Shown here: piece by piece, positions 11,320-30,139 of the stretch | Position numbering within the stretch: position 1 is the first letter of the stretch | How the letters are laid out: each line of letters begins with the position of its first letter | Translations under genes and position numbers: made by a program | Notes under the pieces: model-generated | The model's database searches: none | The model's input: the letters and a program-made list of their open reading frames with translations, nothing else | Told to the model about the DNA's origin: nothing | From: a virus | Length of the DNA: 64,000 bases | UHGV virus genome: UHGV-0351052 | Strand: one strand, 5' to 3'

Positions 11320-12866
11320 GTAACAATACATATCAGCACGTATCAAATGAATCAAAATATGTTAAATTCGATCCCACTGGATCGAATTTTCCTGGCACTG
11401 TTACGACAGTACAGTCTGCATTATCAAAAATAAGTAATATCGGCGTAAATGGTATTCCTGATGCAACTATGGAAGTTAAAGGAATAGCAATGATTGCATC
11501 AGAGCAAGAGGTTTTAGATGGAACAAATAATTCTAAAATCGTTACACCAGCTACATTAGCAACAAGATTATTGTATCCAAATGCTACTGAAACTAAATAT
11601 GGTTTAACGCGCTATTCAACAAATGAAGAAACATTAGAAGGCTCAGATAATAATTCATCAATAACGCCGCAAAAACTGAAATACCATACTGATGATGTGT
11701 TCCGAAATAGATATTCATCTGAGTCATCAAACGGGGTTATTAAAATATCATCTACGCCTGCAGCTTTGGCTGGTGTCGATGATACTACGGCGATGACTCC
11801 GTTGAAAACCCAAAAACTTGCAATAAAATTAATTTCACAAATAGCTCCTTCAGAAGACACTGCAACAGAATCTGTGAGAGGAGTAGTTCAATTATCTACT
11901 GTTGCACAAACTCGTCAAGGAACTCTCCGCGAAGGATATGCAATTTCCCCGTATACCTTTATGAATTCTGTTGCAACACAAGAATATAAGGGTGTTATAC
12001 GTCTAGGAACACAGACTGAAATTAATAATAATTTGGGGGATGTTGCAGTAACAGGTGAAACACTAAACGGTCGAGGAGCTACCGGTTCTATGCGTGGGGT
12101 AGTAAAATTAACGACGCAGGCCGGTATTGCCCCTGAAGGTGATAGCTCTGGAGCATTAGCATGGAACGCAGACGTAATTAATACTCGTGGTGGACAAACT
12201 ATTAATGGTTCTTTAAATTTAGATCATCTCACAGCAAATGGAATTTGGTCGCGCGGTGGAATGTGGAAAAATGGCGATCAGCCAGTTGCGACAGAACGTT
12301 ATGCATCAGAAAGAGTTCCGGTTGGGACTATTATGATGTTTGCAGGTGATTCAGCACCTCCAGGTTGGATTATGTGTCATGGTGGAACTGTGTCAGGAGA
12401 TCAATATCCTGATTATAGAAACACAGTTGGAGGAAGATTTGGTGGGGATTGGAATAATCCAGGGATTCCTGATATGCGAGGTCTTTTCGTCAGAGGAGCG
12501 GGCACAGGCGGTCATATTTTAAATCAACGGGGACAAGATGGTTATGGGAAGGATAGACTTGGCGTAGGATGTGACGGAATGCATGTTGGTGGTGTTCAAG
12601 CACAACAAATGTCATACCATAAACACGCCGGTGGTTGGGGGGAATATAACAGAAGTGAAGGCCCATTTGGCGCGTCTGTTTATCAAGGATATCTTGGAAC
12701 TAGAAAATATTCCGACTGGGATAACGCTTCATACTTCACCAATGATGGATTTGAATTAGGTGGACCAAGAGATGCCCTTGGTACACTTAATCGCGAAGGA
12801 TTAATTGGTTATGAAACTAGACCATGGAATATATCATTAAACTATATTATTAAAGTTCATTACTAA
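11316..12866 (+). CDS. 12: Short tail fiber protein gp12
   Basis: 516 aa with the Gly-rich C-terminal receptor-binding region; position after gp11. Confidence 0.85.
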   Translation: MSNNTYQHVSNESKYVKFDPTGSNFPGTVTTVQSALSKISNIGVNGIPDATMEVKGIAMIASEQEVLDGTNNSKIVTPATLATRLLYPNATETKYGLTRYSTNEETLEGSDNNSSITPQKLKYHTDDVFRNRYSSESSNGVIKISSTPAALAGVDDTTAMTPLKTQKLAIKLISQIAPSEDTATESVRGVVQLSTVAQTRQGTLREGYAISPYTFMNSVATQEYKGVIRLGTQTEINNNLGDVAVTGETLNGRGATGSMRGVVKLTTQAGIAPEGDSSGALAWNADVINTRGGQTINGSLNLDHLTANGIWSRGGMWKNGDQPVATERYASERVPVGTIMMFAGDSAPPGWIMCHGGTVSGDQYPDYRNTVGGRFGGDWNNPGIPDMRGLFVRGAGTGGHILNQRGQDGYGKDRLGVGCDGMHVGGVQAQQMSYHKHAGGWGEYNRSEGPFGASVYQGYLGTRKYSDWDNASYFTNDGFELGGPRDALGTLNREGLIGYETRPWNISLNYIIKVHY

Positions 12867-14333
<1,467 letters not shown>

Positions 14334-14336
14334 CAT

Positions 14337-14352
14337 GGGGCCGCAAGGCCCC
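14337..14352 (+). terminator. GNRA-tetraloop hairpin (GGGGCC-GCAA-GGCCCC), weak terminator or RNA stability element
   Basis: Perfect 6-bp stem with GCAA loop just after wac stop; no strong T-run. Confidence 0.4.
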
Positions 14353-14364
14353 AAAGGATTTTAA

Positions 14365-16066
<1,702 letters not shown>

Positions 16067-16107
16067 TAAATATTATAAACTAATTAAAGCCCAGATTAGG
16101 AGAAATC

Positions 16108-19248
<3,141 letters not shown>

Positions 19249-19276
19249 TATTAAAGCATATTAAAGAGGATTAAAA

Positions 19277-21256
19277 ATGACTTTATTATCTCCGGGCATT
19301 GAGCTCAAAGAAACTACGGTTCAAAGCACCGTGGTTAATAACTCTACTGGTACAGCAGCTTTGGCCGGTAAATTCCAGTGGGGTCCTGCTTTTCAGATTA
19401 AACAGGTTACAAATGAAGTAGATTTAGTTAATACTTTTGGTCAACCAACCGCTGAAACTGCTGACTATTTTATGTCTGCGATGAATTTCTTGCAGTACGG
19501 AAATGACTTACGAGTAGTTCGTGCTGTTGATAGAGATACCGCTAAAAACTCATCTCCGATTGCCGGTAATATTGAATACACAATTTCTACCCCAGGTAGT
19601 AACTACGCAGTTGGAGATAAAATCACGGTCAAATATGTTTCAGATGCTATTGAAACTGAAGGTAAAATTACTGAAGTAGACGTAGATGGAAAAATTAAGA
19701 AAATTAATATTCCTACTGCAAAAATTATCGCTAAAGCTAAAGAAGTCGGTGAATATCCAGCACTAGGTTCTAACTGGACTGCGGAAATTTCTTCATCTTC
19801 CTCTGGTTTAGCTGCAGTAATAACTCTTGGAAAAATTATTACTGATTCTGGTATTTTATTAGCTGAAATTGAAAATGCTGAAGCTGCTATGACAGAGGTT
19901 GGCTTTCAAGCAAATCTCGAAAAATACGGAATTCCAGGAGTAGTAGCTCTTTATCCAGGCGAATTAGGCGATAAAATTGAAATTGAAATCGTATCTAAAG
20001 CTGACTACGCAAAAGGGGCTTCTGCATTACTGCCAATTTATCCAGGCGGTGGTACTCGTGCATCTACTGCTAAAGCTGTGTTTGGATATGGACCACAAAC
20101 TGATTCACAGTACGCTATTATAGTTCGTCGCAATGATGCTATTGTTCAAAGTGTTGTTCTTTCAACTAAGCGTGGTGAAAAAGATATTTACGATAGTAAC
20201 ATCTATATCGATGACTTTTTCGCAAAAGGTGGTTCAGAATATATTTTTGCAACTGCACAAAACTGGCCAGAAGGCTTCTCTGGAATTTTAACTCTGTCTG
20301 GTGGATTATCATCAAATGCTGAAGTATCAGCAGGAGATTTGATGGAAGCTTGGGACTTCTTTGCTGACCGTGAATCCGTTGATGTTCAACTGTTTATTGC
20401 AGGTTCTTGTGCCGGTGAATCTTTAGAAACAGCATCTACTGTCCAAAAACACGTCGTTTCAATTGGTGATGCTCGCCAGGATTGCTTAGTATTGTGCTCA
20501 CCACCGCGTGAAACTGTAGTTGGAATTCCTGTAACTCGTGCTGTTGATAACTTAGTCAACTGGAGAACTGCGGCAGGTTCATATACTGATAATAACTTTA
20601 ATATTAGTTCAACCTATGCAGCAATTGATGGTAACTACAAATATCAGTATGACAAATATAATGATGTGAATCGTTGGGTTCCATTAGCAGCTGATATTGC
20701 TGGTTTATGCGCGAGAACCGATAACGTTTCTCAGACTTGGATGTCTCCAGCTGGTTATAATCGTGGCCAGATTCTTAACGTTATTAAACTTGCTATTGAA
20801 ACTCGCCAGGCGCAGCGTGACCGTTTATATCAAGAAGCTATCAACCCAGTAACTGGTACAGGTGGTGATGGTTACGTATTGTATGGTGATAAAACAGCTA
20901 CTTCTGTTCCTTCTCCATTTGATCGTATTAACGTTCGTCGTCTGTTTAATATGTTGAAAACGAACATCGGACGTAGTTCAAAATATCGTTTGTTCGAATT
21001 AAACAACGCGTTTACTCGTTCATCATTCCGCACAGAAACTGCCCAGTACTTACAGGGAATTAAAGCTCTCGGTGGAATTTATGAATATCGTGTAGTTTGC
21101 GATACAACAAATAATACTCCATCAGTAATTGATAGAAATGAGTTTGTTGCAACATTCTACATTCAACCGGCGCGCAGTATAAATTATATCCAACTTAATT
21201 TCGTCGCAACTGCTACTGGTGCAGATTTCGATGAGTTAACTGGTCTTGCAGGTTAA
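19277..21256 (+). CDS. 18: Tail sheath protein gp18
   Basis: 659 aa; size/order match T4. Confidence 0.95.
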   Translation: MTLLSPGIELKETTVQSTVVNNSTGTAALAGKFQWGPAFQIKQVTNEVDLVNTFGQPTAETADYFMSAMNFLQYGNDLRVVRAVDRDTAKNSSPIAGNIEYTISTPGSNYAVGDKITVKYVSDAIETEGKITEVDVDGKIKKINIPTAKIIAKAKEVGEYPALGSNWTAEISSSSSGLAAVITLGKIITDSGILLAEIENAEAAMTEVGFQANLEKYGIPGVVALYPGELGDKIEIEIVSKADYAKGASALLPIYPGGGTRASTAKAVFGYGPQTDSQYAIIVRRNDAIVQSVVLSTKRGEKDIYDSNIYIDDFFAKGGSEYIFATAQNWPEGFSGILTLSGGLSSNAEVSAGDLMEAWDFFADRESVDVQLFIAGSCAGESLETASTVQKHVVSIGDARQDCLVLCSPPRETVVGIPVTRAVDNLVNWRTAAGSYTDNNFNISSTYAAIDGNYKYQYDKYNDVNRWVPLAADIAGLCARTDNVSQTWMSPAGYNRGQILNVIKLAIETRQAQRDRLYQEAINPVTGTGGDGYVLYGDKTATSVPSPFDRINVRRLFNMLKTNIGRSSKYRLFELNNAFTRSSFRTETAQYLQGIKALGGIYEYRVVCDTTNNTPSVIDRNEFVATFYIQPARSINYIQLNFVATATGADFDELTGLAG

Positions 21257-21272
21257 TACGGTGCATTCTAAA

Positions 21273-21290
21273 GGCCTGTTTCGGCAGGCC
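21273..21290 (+). terminator. UUCG-tetraloop hairpin after gp18
   Basis: GGCCTG(T)-TTCG-(G)CAGGCC inverted repeat; followed by late promoter box rather than a T-run. Confidence 0.4.
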
Positions 21291-21291
21291 A

Positions 21292-21299
21292 TATAAATA
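21292..21299 (+). promoter_or_regulatory. Late promoter box TATAAATA (first of two upstream of gp19)
   Basis: Exact TATAAATA. Confidence 0.55.
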
Positions 21300-21350
21300 C
21301 ACTATATCCTTAATTCTTTAATTCTATATGCCCTAGGTTAAACATAGGGA

Positions 21351-21358
21351 TATAAATA
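21351..21358 (+). promoter_or_regulatory. Late promoter box TATAAATA (proximal to gp19)
   Basis: Exact TATAAATA about 15 nt upstream of gp19 ATG. Confidence 0.65.
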
Positions 21359-21372
21359 CTACAGAGGCTAAT

Positions 21373-21864
21373 ATGTTTGTAGATGATGTAACACGAGCGT
21401 TTGAATCTGGTGATTTTGCTCGACCTAACTTATTCCAAGTAGAAATTTCTTATCTTGGACAAAATTTTACGTTTCAATGTAAAGCCACTGCTTTACCAGC
21501 TGGTATTGTAGAAAAAATTCCAGTCGGATTTATGAACCGTAAAATTAACGTAGCAGGCGATCGTACATTTGATGACTGGACTGTTACAGTAATGAACGAT
21601 GAGGCACATGATGCTCGCCAGAAGTTTGTTGATTGGCAAAGCATTGCTGCGGGACAAGGAAACGAAATTACTGGTGGAAAACCTGCAGAGTATAAAAAGA
21701 GCGCTATCGTTCGTCAATATGCTCGTGACGCTAAAACAGTAACAAAAGAAATTGAAATTAAAGGTCTGTGGCCTACTAACGTGGGTGAACTTCAATTAGA
21801 TTGGGATTCAAACAATGAAATCCAAACCTTTGAAGTAACTCTTGCTCTCGATTATTGGGAATAA
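21373..21864 (+). CDS. 19: Tail tube protein gp19
   Basis: 163 aa; size/order match T4. Confidence 0.95.
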   Translation: MFVDDVTRAFESGDFARPNLFQVEISYLGQNFTFQCKATALPAGIVEKIPVGFMNRKINVAGDRTFDDWTVTVMNDEAHDARQKFVDWQSIAAGQGNEITGGKPAEYKKSAIVRQYARDAKTVTKEIEIKGLWPTNVGELQLDWDSNNEIQTFEVTLALDYWE

Positions 21865-21896
21865 AATGAATGGGGAGAAATCCCCATCCTGCTTAA

Positions 21897-23521
<1,625 letters not shown>

Positions 23522-23522
<1 letters not shown>

Positions 23523-23761
23523 TGGAAGGTTTAATTGAAGCTATTAAATCAAACGACCTCGTAGCCGCTCGTAAATTATTTGCTGAAGCCATGGCTGCAA
23601 GAACGATTGATTTAATTAAAGAAGAAAAAATCGCTATCGCTCGTAATTTCTTAATCGAAGGTGAAGAACCTGAAGACGAGGATGATGACGAAGACGAAGA
23701 TAGTGATGATAAAGACGACAAAAAAGACAAAGACTCTGACGAAGACGAGGATGATGAATAA
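23522..23761 (+). CDS. 67: Prohead core protein gp67 (acidic C-terminal tail)
   Basis: 79 aa, C-terminus a run of D/E; follows portal as in T4. Confidence 0.85.
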
Positions 23762-24186
23762 TGCTTCTGATCCCTGAAACTCATGAATTAGTTCTCGAGA
23801 ATGTCGAAGCACTTATTCCTGAAGCACAGGGTCGCTTTGACGAATTGTCTTCTGCTTTAAATAAAGACGATATAAATACAATTGTCGAGAATATGCTTGA
23901 TGATGAAACTGATTTAGCGGTTGCATTAGCTTCTATTAATGAAAATATGCCGTTAAATGAATTTATCGTTAAACATGTTTCCGCCCGTGGTGAAATTACT
24001 CGCACTAAAGATCGCAAAACCCGCGAACGAAATGCATTTCAAACCACTGGGTTGTCTAAAGCAAAACGTAGACAAATTGCTCGTAAAGCTACCAAAACGA
24101 AGATTGCCAATCCAGCAGGTCAATCTCGTGCTCAGCGTAAGCGTAAAAAAGCTCTTAAACGCCGTAAAGCATTAGGATTAAGCTAA
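23761..24186 (+). CDS. 68: Prohead core protein gp68
   Basis: 141 aa, basic C-terminus; order as in T4. Confidence 0.85.
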
Positions 24187-24824
24187 TGAATGAACCCCAA
24201 TTACTAATTGAAACTTGGGGTCAACCTGGCGAAATTATTGATGGCGTACCAATGCTTGAATCTCATGATGGAAAAGACTTAGGTTTAAAACCGGGTTTAT
24301 ACATCGAAGGAATATTCATGCAAGCGGAAGTCGTCAATAGAAATAAACGTCTTTATCCAAAACGTATATTAGAAAAAGCGGTAAAAGACTATATTAATGA
24401 GCAAGTTTTAACTAAACAAGCTCTCGGAGAATTAAATCATCCTCCACGCGCTAATGTTGACCCGATGCAAGCCGCTATCATTATAGAAGATATGTGGTGG
24501 AAAGGAAATGACGTATACGGACGAGCTCGTGTTATTGAAGGTGACCATGGTCCTGGAGATAAATTAGCAGCTAATATTCGTGCCGGATGGATTCCAGGAG
24601 TTTCTTCTCGTGGATTAGGTTCATTGACTGACACAAATAAAGGTTATCGTATCGTAAACGAAGGATTCAAATTAACTGTAGGTGTTGATGCAGTATGGGG
24701 TCCAAGTGCTCCAGATGCATGGGTAACTCCTAAGGAAATTACCGAATCACAGACGGCGGAAGCCGATACAAGTGCCGATGACGCCTATATGGCTCTCGCA
24801 GAGGCCATGAAAAAAGCGTTATAA
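24186..24824 (+). CDS. 21: Prohead core protease gp21
   Basis: 212 aa; order/size as in T4. Confidence 0.9.
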   Translation: MNEPQLLIETWGQPGEIIDGVPMLESHDGKDLGLKPGLYIEGIFMQAEVVNRNKRLYPKRILEKAVKDYINEQVLTKQALGELNHPPRANVDPMQAAIIIEDMWWKGNDVYGRARVIEGDHGPGDKLAANIRAGWIPGVSSRGLGSLTDTNKGYRIVNEGFKLTVGVDAVWGPSAPDAWVTPKEITESQTAEADTSADDAYMALAEAMKKAL

Positions 24825-24827
24825 ATA
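24820..24827 (+). promoter_or_regulatory. Late promoter box TATAAATA upstream of gp22
   Basis: Exact TATAAATA overlapping gp21 stop. Confidence 0.6.
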
Positions 24828-24854
24828 TTATTATCTAAACAACAGGACTACAAA

Positions 24855-25664
24855 ATGCTTAAAGAACAACTGATTGCCGAAGCGCAGAAAATTGATGCTT
24901 CCGTTGCTCTTGATAGTATTTTCGAATCAGTTAATATTTCTCCGGAAGCAAAAGAAACTTTCGGCACTGTATTCGAAGCTACCGTCAAGCAGCACGCCGT
25001 TAAATTAGCTGAATCTCATATCGCTAAAATTGCTGAAAAAGCAGAAGAAGAAGTAGAAAAAAATAAAGAAGAAGCCGAAGAAAAAGCTGAGAAGAAAATC
25101 GCTGAGCAAGCTTCTAAATTCATTGACCATCTTGCAAAAGAATGGCTCGCTGAAAATAAATTAGCAGTTGATAAAGGCATCAAAGCCGAACTGTTTGAAT
25201 CCATGCTTGGTGGATTAAAAGAGCTCTTTGTTGAACACAACGTTGTTGTTCCAGAAGAATCAGTTGATATTGTAGCTGAAATGGAAGAAGAGCTGCAAGA
25301 ACATAAAGAAGAATCAGCTCGTCTGTTCGAAGAACTCAATAAGCGTGACGCATATATCAATTATGTGCAGCGTGAAGTGGCATTGAGCGAAAGTACTAAA
25401 GATCTGACTGAGTCTCAAAAAGAAAAAGTCTCTGCTCTGGTCGAAGGTATGGATTATTCAGATGCATTCTCAAGTAAATTGAGTGCAATCGTAGAAATGG
25501 TGAAGAAATCTAATAAAGATGAAAGCACTATTACTGAGAGTATAAATACTCCTGATACTGAAGCAGCCGGACTGAATTTCGTCACTGAAGCTGTAGAAGA
25601 TAAAGCTGCACAGGGTGCAGAAGATATTGTAAGTGTATATGCGAAAGTCGCATCTCGTTTCTAA
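24855..25664 (+). CDS. 22: Prohead core scaffold protein gp22
   Basis: 269 aa, E/K-rich helical; order as in T4. Confidence 0.9.
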   Translation: MLKEQLIAEAQKIDASVALDSIFESVNISPEAKETFGTVFEATVKQHAVKLAESHIAKIAEKAEEEVEKNKEEAEEKAEKKIAEQASKFIDHLAKEWLAENKLAVDKGIKAELFESMLGGLKELFVEHNVVVPEESVDIVAEMEEELQEHKEESARLFEELNKRDAYINYVQREVALSESTKDLTESQKEKVSALVEGMDYSDAFSSKLSAIVEMVKKSNKDESTITESINTPDTEAAGLNFVTEAVEDKAAQGAEDIVSVYAKVASRF

Positions 25665-25682
25665 TTTTAAAGGTTAACACAA

Positions 25683-27248
25683 ATGACTATCAAAACTAAA
25701 GCTGAACTTTTGAACAAATGGAAGCCATTACTGGAAGGTGAAGGTTTACCGGAAATTGCTAATAGCAAACAAGCGATTATCGCTAAAATCTTTGAAAACC
25801 AGGAAAAAGATTTCGAAGTATCCCCTGAATATAAAGACGAGAAAATCGCTCAGGCATTTGGTTCTTTCTTGACCGAAGCTGAAATTGGTGGTGACCACGG
25901 TTATAATGCTACCAACATCGCTGCAGGTCAGACTTCTGGCGCAGTAACTCAGATTGGCCCAGCTGTTATGGGTATGGTACGTCGTGCCATTCCTAACCTG
26001 ATTGCTTTCGATATTTGTGGTGTTCAGCCGATGAACAGCCCGACTGGCCAGGTATTCGCACTGCGTGCAGTATACGGTAAAGACCCGGTCGCTTCTGGTG
26101 CTAAAGAAGCATTCCACCCAATGTATGGTCCAGATGCAATGTTCTCTGGTCAGGGTGCTGCTAAGAAATTCACTGCTTTAACTGCTGGCGCTACTACTGT
26201 CAAAGGTGACATCTATACTTATTTCTTCCAGGACACTGGTACTGTATATCTGCAAGCTACAGAAGTTAAACAAATCGATGTCAGTGCTAGTGATGCAGCT
26301 AAATTAGATGCTGAAATTAAGAAACAAATGGAAGCTGGTGTACTGGTAGAAATCGCTGAAGGTATGGCTACTTCTATCGCTGAACTCCAGGAAAGTTTCA
26401 ACGGTTCTACCGATAACCCATGGAATGAAATGGGCTTCCGTATCGATAAACAAGTTATCGAAGCTAAATCTCGCCAGCTGAAAGCTGCTTACTCTATCGA
26501 ATTAGCACAAGACCTCCGCGCTGTTCACGGTATGGATGCTGACGCTGAACTGTCTGGTATTCTGGCTACAGAAATTATGCTGGAAATCAACCGTGAAGTT
26601 GTTGATTGGATTAACTACTCAGCCCAGGTTGGTAAATCTGGTATGACCCTGACTCCAGGTTCTAAAGCTGGTGTATTTGACTTCCAGGATCCAATTGATA
26701 TTCGTGGTGCTCGCTGGGCGGGTGAATCCTTTAAAGCTCTGTTGTTCCAGATTGACAAAGAAGCAGTTGAAATTGCTCGTCAGACTGGTCGTGGCGAAGG
26801 TAACTTCATTATCGCTTCCCGTAACGTAGTTAACGTTCTGGCTTCAGTTGATACTGGCATTTCTTATGCTGCACAGGGTCTGGCTACTGGCTTTAACACT
26901 GATACTACCAAGTCAGTATTTGCTGGTGTTCTGGGTGGTAAATACCGCGTATATATTGACCAGTATGCTAAACAAGATTATTTCACTGTAGGTTATAAAG
27001 GTCCGAACGAAATGGATGCTGGTATTTACTACGCTCCATATGTAGCTCTGACTCCGCTGCGTGGTTCCGATCCGAAGAACTTCCAACCGGTAATGGGATT
27101 CAAAACTCGTTACGGTATCGGTATCAACCCATTTGCAGAATCCGCTGCTCAGGCTCCGGCTTCTCGCATCCAGAGCGGTATGCCTTCTATTCTGAACAGC
27201 CTTGGTAAAAACGCTTACTTCCGCCGTGTATATGTTAAAGGTATCTAA
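25683..27248 (+). CDS. 23: Major capsid protein gp23
   Basis: 521 aa; begins MTIKTKAELLNKWKPLLEGEGLPEIANSK, matching T4 gp23 as I recall it. Confidence 0.97.
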   Translation: MTIKTKAELLNKWKPLLEGEGLPEIANSKQAIIAKIFENQEKDFEVSPEYKDEKIAQAFGSFLTEAEIGGDHGYNATNIAAGQTSGAVTQIGPAVMGMVRRAIPNLIAFDICGVQPMNSPTGQVFALRAVYGKDPVASGAKEAFHPMYGPDAMFSGQGAAKKFTALTAGATTVKGDIYTYFFQDTGTVYLQATEVKQIDVSASDAAKLDAEIKKQMEAGVLVEIAEGMATSIAELQESFNGSTDNPWNEMGFRIDKQVIEAKSRQLKAAYSIELAQDLRAVHGMDADAELSGILATEIMLEINREVVDWINYSAQVGKSGMTLTPGSKAGVFDFQDPIDIRGARWAGESFKALLFQIDKEAVEIARQTGRGEGNFIIASRNVVNVLASVDTGISYAAQGLATGFNTDTTKSVFAGVLGGKYRVYIDQYAKQDYFTVGYKGPNEMDAGIYYAPYVALTPLRGSDPKNFQPVMGFKTRYGIGINPFAESAAQAPASRIQSGMPSILNSLGKNAYFRRVYVKGI

Positions 27249-27262
27249 TCTTTGACGATTTA

Positions 27263-27295
27263 AGGGACCTTCGGGTCCCTTTAGTTGTTTTTATG
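27263..27295 (+). terminator. Intrinsic terminator (AGGGACC-TTCG-GGTCCCT + T-rich tail)
   Basis: Perfect 7-bp stem with UUCG loop then TTAGTTGTTTTTA, directly after gp23. Confidence 0.75.
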
Positions 27296-27296
27296 G

Positions 27297-27304
27297 TATA
27301 AATA
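27297..27304 (+). promoter_or_regulatory. Late promoter box TATAAATA upstream of gp24
   Basis: Exact TATAAATA. Confidence 0.65.
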
Positions 27305-27331
27305 AATCATATAAACCAAAAGGAAAGCGCA

Positions 27332-28615
27332 ATGGCTAAAATCAACGAACTTCTGCGCGAATCAACCACAACGAATAGCAACTCAATCGGTCGCCCAAAT
27401 CTCGTTGCTTTGACTCGCGCTACCACTAAATTAATATATTCTGACATTGTAGCAACACAAAGAACTAATCAACCTGTTGCTGCTTTTTATGGTATCAAAT
27501 ACCTTAACCCGGATAACGAATTTACATTTAAAACTGGTGCTACTTACGCTGGCGAAGCTGGATATGTAGACCGAGAACAAATCACAGAATTAACAGAAGA
27601 GTCTAAATTAACTCTCAATAAAGGCGATTTATTCAAATATAATAATATCGTTTATAAAGTATTAGAAGATACTCCATTTGCTACTATCGAAGAAAGTGAT
27701 TTAGAATTAGCTCTTCAGATTGCAATTGTTCTTTTAAAGGTTCGTCTATTTTCTGACGCAGCGTCAACAAGCAAATTTGAAAGCTCTGACAGCGAAATTG
27801 CGGATGCTAGATTCCAGATTAATAAATGGCAAACCGCGGTTAAATCTCGTAAACTTAAAACTGGCATCACAGTTGAATTAGCGCAAGATTTAGAAGCAAA
27901 TGGATTCGATGCTCCTAATTTCTTGGAAGATTTGCTTGCAACTGAAATGGCAGATGAAATCAATAAAGATATTCTGCAGTCTTTGATTACAGTGTCAAAA
28001 CGCTATAAAGTTACAGGAATTACTGATACTGGATTCATTGATTTGAGTTATGCATCTGCACCTGAAGCTGGTCGTTCATTATACCGAATGGTATGTGAAA
28101 TGGTTTCGCATATCCAAAAAGAATCAACTTATACAGCAACGTTCTGTGTTGCTTCAGCTCGTGCTGCTGCGATTCTTGCTGCATCAGGTTGGTTAAAACA
28201 TAAACCAGAAGATGACAAATATCTTTCACAAAATGCCTATGGGTTCTTAGCTAATGGTTTACCGCTTTATTGCGATACTAACAGCCCATTAGATTATGTA
28301 ATCGTTGGTGTAGTAGAAAATATCGGTGAAAAAGAAATTGTTGGATCAATTTTCTATGCTCCGTATACAGAAGGTCTCGACTTAGATGACCCTGAACATG
28401 TAGGCGCATTTAAAGTTGTTGTTGATCCAGAAAGCTTACAACCATCTATCAGTTTATTAGTTAGATATGCTTTATCAGCAAATCCTTATACCGTAGCAAA
28501 AGATGAAAAAGAAGCAAGAATAATTGATGGTGGAGACATGGATAAAATGGCGGGTCGTTCAGATTTGTCTGTTTTATTAGGTGTTAAGCTACCAAAAATT
28601 ATTGTTGATAAATAA
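27332..28615 (+). CDS. 24: Capsid vertex protein gp24
   Basis: 427 aa gp23 paralog; follows gp23 directly. Confidence 0.95.
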   Translation: MAKINELLRESTTTNSNSIGRPNLVALTRATTKLIYSDIVATQRTNQPVAAFYGIKYLNPDNEFTFKTGATYAGEAGYVDREQITELTEESKLTLNKGDLFKYNNIVYKVLEDTPFATIEESDLELALQIAIVLLKVRLFSDAASTSKFESSDSEIADARFQINKWQTAVKSRKLKTGITVELAQDLEANGFDAPNFLEDLLATEMADEINKDILQSLITVSKRYKVTGITDTGFIDLSYASAPEAGRSLYRMVCEMVSHIQKESTYTATFCVASARAAAILAASGWLKHKPEDDKYLSQNAYGFLANGLPLYCDTNSPLDYVIVGVVENIGEKEIVGSIFYAPYTEGLDLDDPEHVGAFKVVVDPESLQPSISLLVRYALSANPYTVAKDEKEARIIDGGDMDKMAGRSDLSVLLGVKLPKIIVDK

Positions 28616-28619
28616 AACA

Positions 28620-28641
28620 AAGGGACCTTTCGGTCCCTTTT
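28620..28641. terminator. Bidirectional terminator hairpin between convergent gp24 and rnlB
   Basis: AGGGACC-TTTC-GGTCCCT flanked by A-run upstream and T-run downstream, so T-rich tail on both strands. Confidence 0.75.
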
Positions 28642-28644
28642 TAT

Positions 28645-29649
28645 TTAGCTCACCAACTCAATCCAAGCTGGACGAAGTACATCTTGTACCATTTTAACTA
28701 ATTCCTTCTTAATCAAAGAAGGATTATCCGCTTGAGTTAGAGTAATACCTTCACGAGAAGTTTCTTCCAAAATATCTTGAACAGTTAGTCCCATCACCTT
28801 TCCAAAATCTTTAGGACCAATTTCGCCAATTTTAGAAATAACGTTATTTACCCGGTTCAGTGTAACGTAACAAGCTAAAATTCCAACCAATTTGTTATCA
28901 GCTTCTGATAGTTCAACTTTAGCTTTAATAGGCTTATCAGACTTTTTCTTTTCACTAAATTTAGAGTTCTTGCATTTAATCGCTACACGATTTCCATTAT
29001 GAAGCCAAGAAGGATAACAGGGTTTTAATACATATCCTTCAGCAGTAAATACTTCACCTTTTGCTTTGGCATTCCAAACGCATTTATTTGCATCAACTAA
29101 TCCAGCATGGTCTACTGTAAAATTATAATCTTGGACAACAGAATCTAAATCATTTGGCAATTTAATAAGTTCTTCAAATTTACCGCGACCTAAAAGTGGA
29201 GCCATTTTAAATTTAAATGTATTGCAGAATGATTCCATCATATAATCATCGACATAAGTCACATCACCACTTTCTGTAGTGACAATAATGTCAAATACAT
29301 AAAAATCTTTATCGCCATAATCGACATTCTTCTGAATGCCAGGTCCAGCGAATTCGCCAAAAACTTGATAAGATACAACCGCTGAAGTTTCCATAATATC
29401 TTGTACTGCTTTAATGGAATCAGCGTAATTCTTTAGAATAATTTCATACCCAAAGAAATCTTCAGCAGGAAGAATAGGACCAGTGCGTTTAGCGCAAGTT
29501 ACTTTATCACGCTCAATAATCAATGAGAAATTTGTGCCATGAATCTTTTCACGAGCTACCCACTCCCCACCAGTCAATCCCAAGCTATAAAGTTTTTCAA
29601 TAAATTTAGAGTTGTAATGATTTTCAAGACTGCTATATTTTTTAAACAT
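28645..29649 (-). CDS. rnlB: RNA ligase 2
   Basis: 334 aa beginning [24 protein letters not shown] with the nucleotidyltransferase lysine motif in EKIHGTN; matches T4 Rnl2. Confidence 0.95.
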   Translation of the reverse strand: MFKKYSSLENHYNSKFIEKLYSLGLTGGEWVAREKIHGTNFSLIIERDKVTCAKRTGPILPAEDFFGYEIILKNYADSIKAVQDIMETSAVVSYQVFGEFAGPGIQKNVDYGDKDFYVFDIIVTTESGDVTYVDDYMMESFCNTFKFKMAPLLGRGKFEELIKLPNDLDSVVQDYNFTVDHAGLVDANKCVWNAKAKGEVFTAEGYVLKPCYPSWLHNGNRVAIKCKNSKFSEKKKSDKPIKAKVELSEADNKLVGILACYVTLNRVNNVISKIGEIGPKDFGKVMGLTVQDILEETSREGITLTQADNPSLIKKELVKMVQDVLRPAWIELVS

Positions 29650-29658
29650 AATTAATCC

Positions 29659-29937
29659 TCAAAATGTAATTTCTAACCAATCACCATCACGCTGATCACT
29701 ATTAACTTTAAAGCTGAATCCTTCTTTTCTCAGCCAATCACCAATTTCTTCAGTAATCAATTTATCACGAGCAGTACAATAATAACTAAAATATGTTTTA
29801 CCTTGTTCAGCTGCTTTATTAGCAAGTTCTGAAAAATCTTTAATAAAACACTCTAGCTTAAACTGTTTACTTTTGAATGCTTTTTCGCGTAATTGATTAG
29901 CAAAAGATTCATTTTCATAAAGATCATACTGTTCCAT
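29659..29937 (-). CDS. Hypothetical protein (24.2-like position)
   Basis: 92-aa ORF between rnlB and hoc region. Confidence 0.6.
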   Translation of the reverse strand: MEQYDLYENESFANQLREKAFKSKQFKLECFIKDFSELANKAAEQGKTYFSYYCTARDKLITEEIGDWLRKEGFSFKVNSDQRDGDWLEITF

Positions 29938-30139
29938 TTTTCACCTTTTTATTGATATGTCTTTTTCTATAGACAACTTTTTCTCGAGTCTCAAATTTAT
30001 TCTTAGCAGTCATAGCTCGAGCCCATAATACAGCCACTTCTTTTGCCTGTAAGTTTAATTCACGAGCAATTTCAATGAATGACTTTCCAGACTCATGAAG
30101 AGTAAACACCACAACCTCAGTTCTCATAATCAATCTCAT
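29924..30139 (-). CDS. Small helix-turn-helix-like protein (24.3-like position)
   Basis: 71 aa; segment SFIEIARELNLQAKEVAVLWARA resembles an HTH. Confidence 0.55.
   Translation of the reverse strand: MRLIMRTEVVVFTLHESGKSFIEIARELNLQAKEVAVLWARAMTAKNKFETREKVVYRKRHINKKVKNGTV

Noticed and set aside
23641-23760. Apparent tandem nucleotide repeat (GACGAAGA/GATGATGA units)
   Set aside because: This is the coding sequence of the poly-acidic C-terminus of gp67, not a non-coding repeat.
25016-25360. Minus-strand Ser-rich 114-aa ORF within gp22
   Set aside because: Antisense to the scaffold gene; composition artefact of the E/K-rich coding strand.
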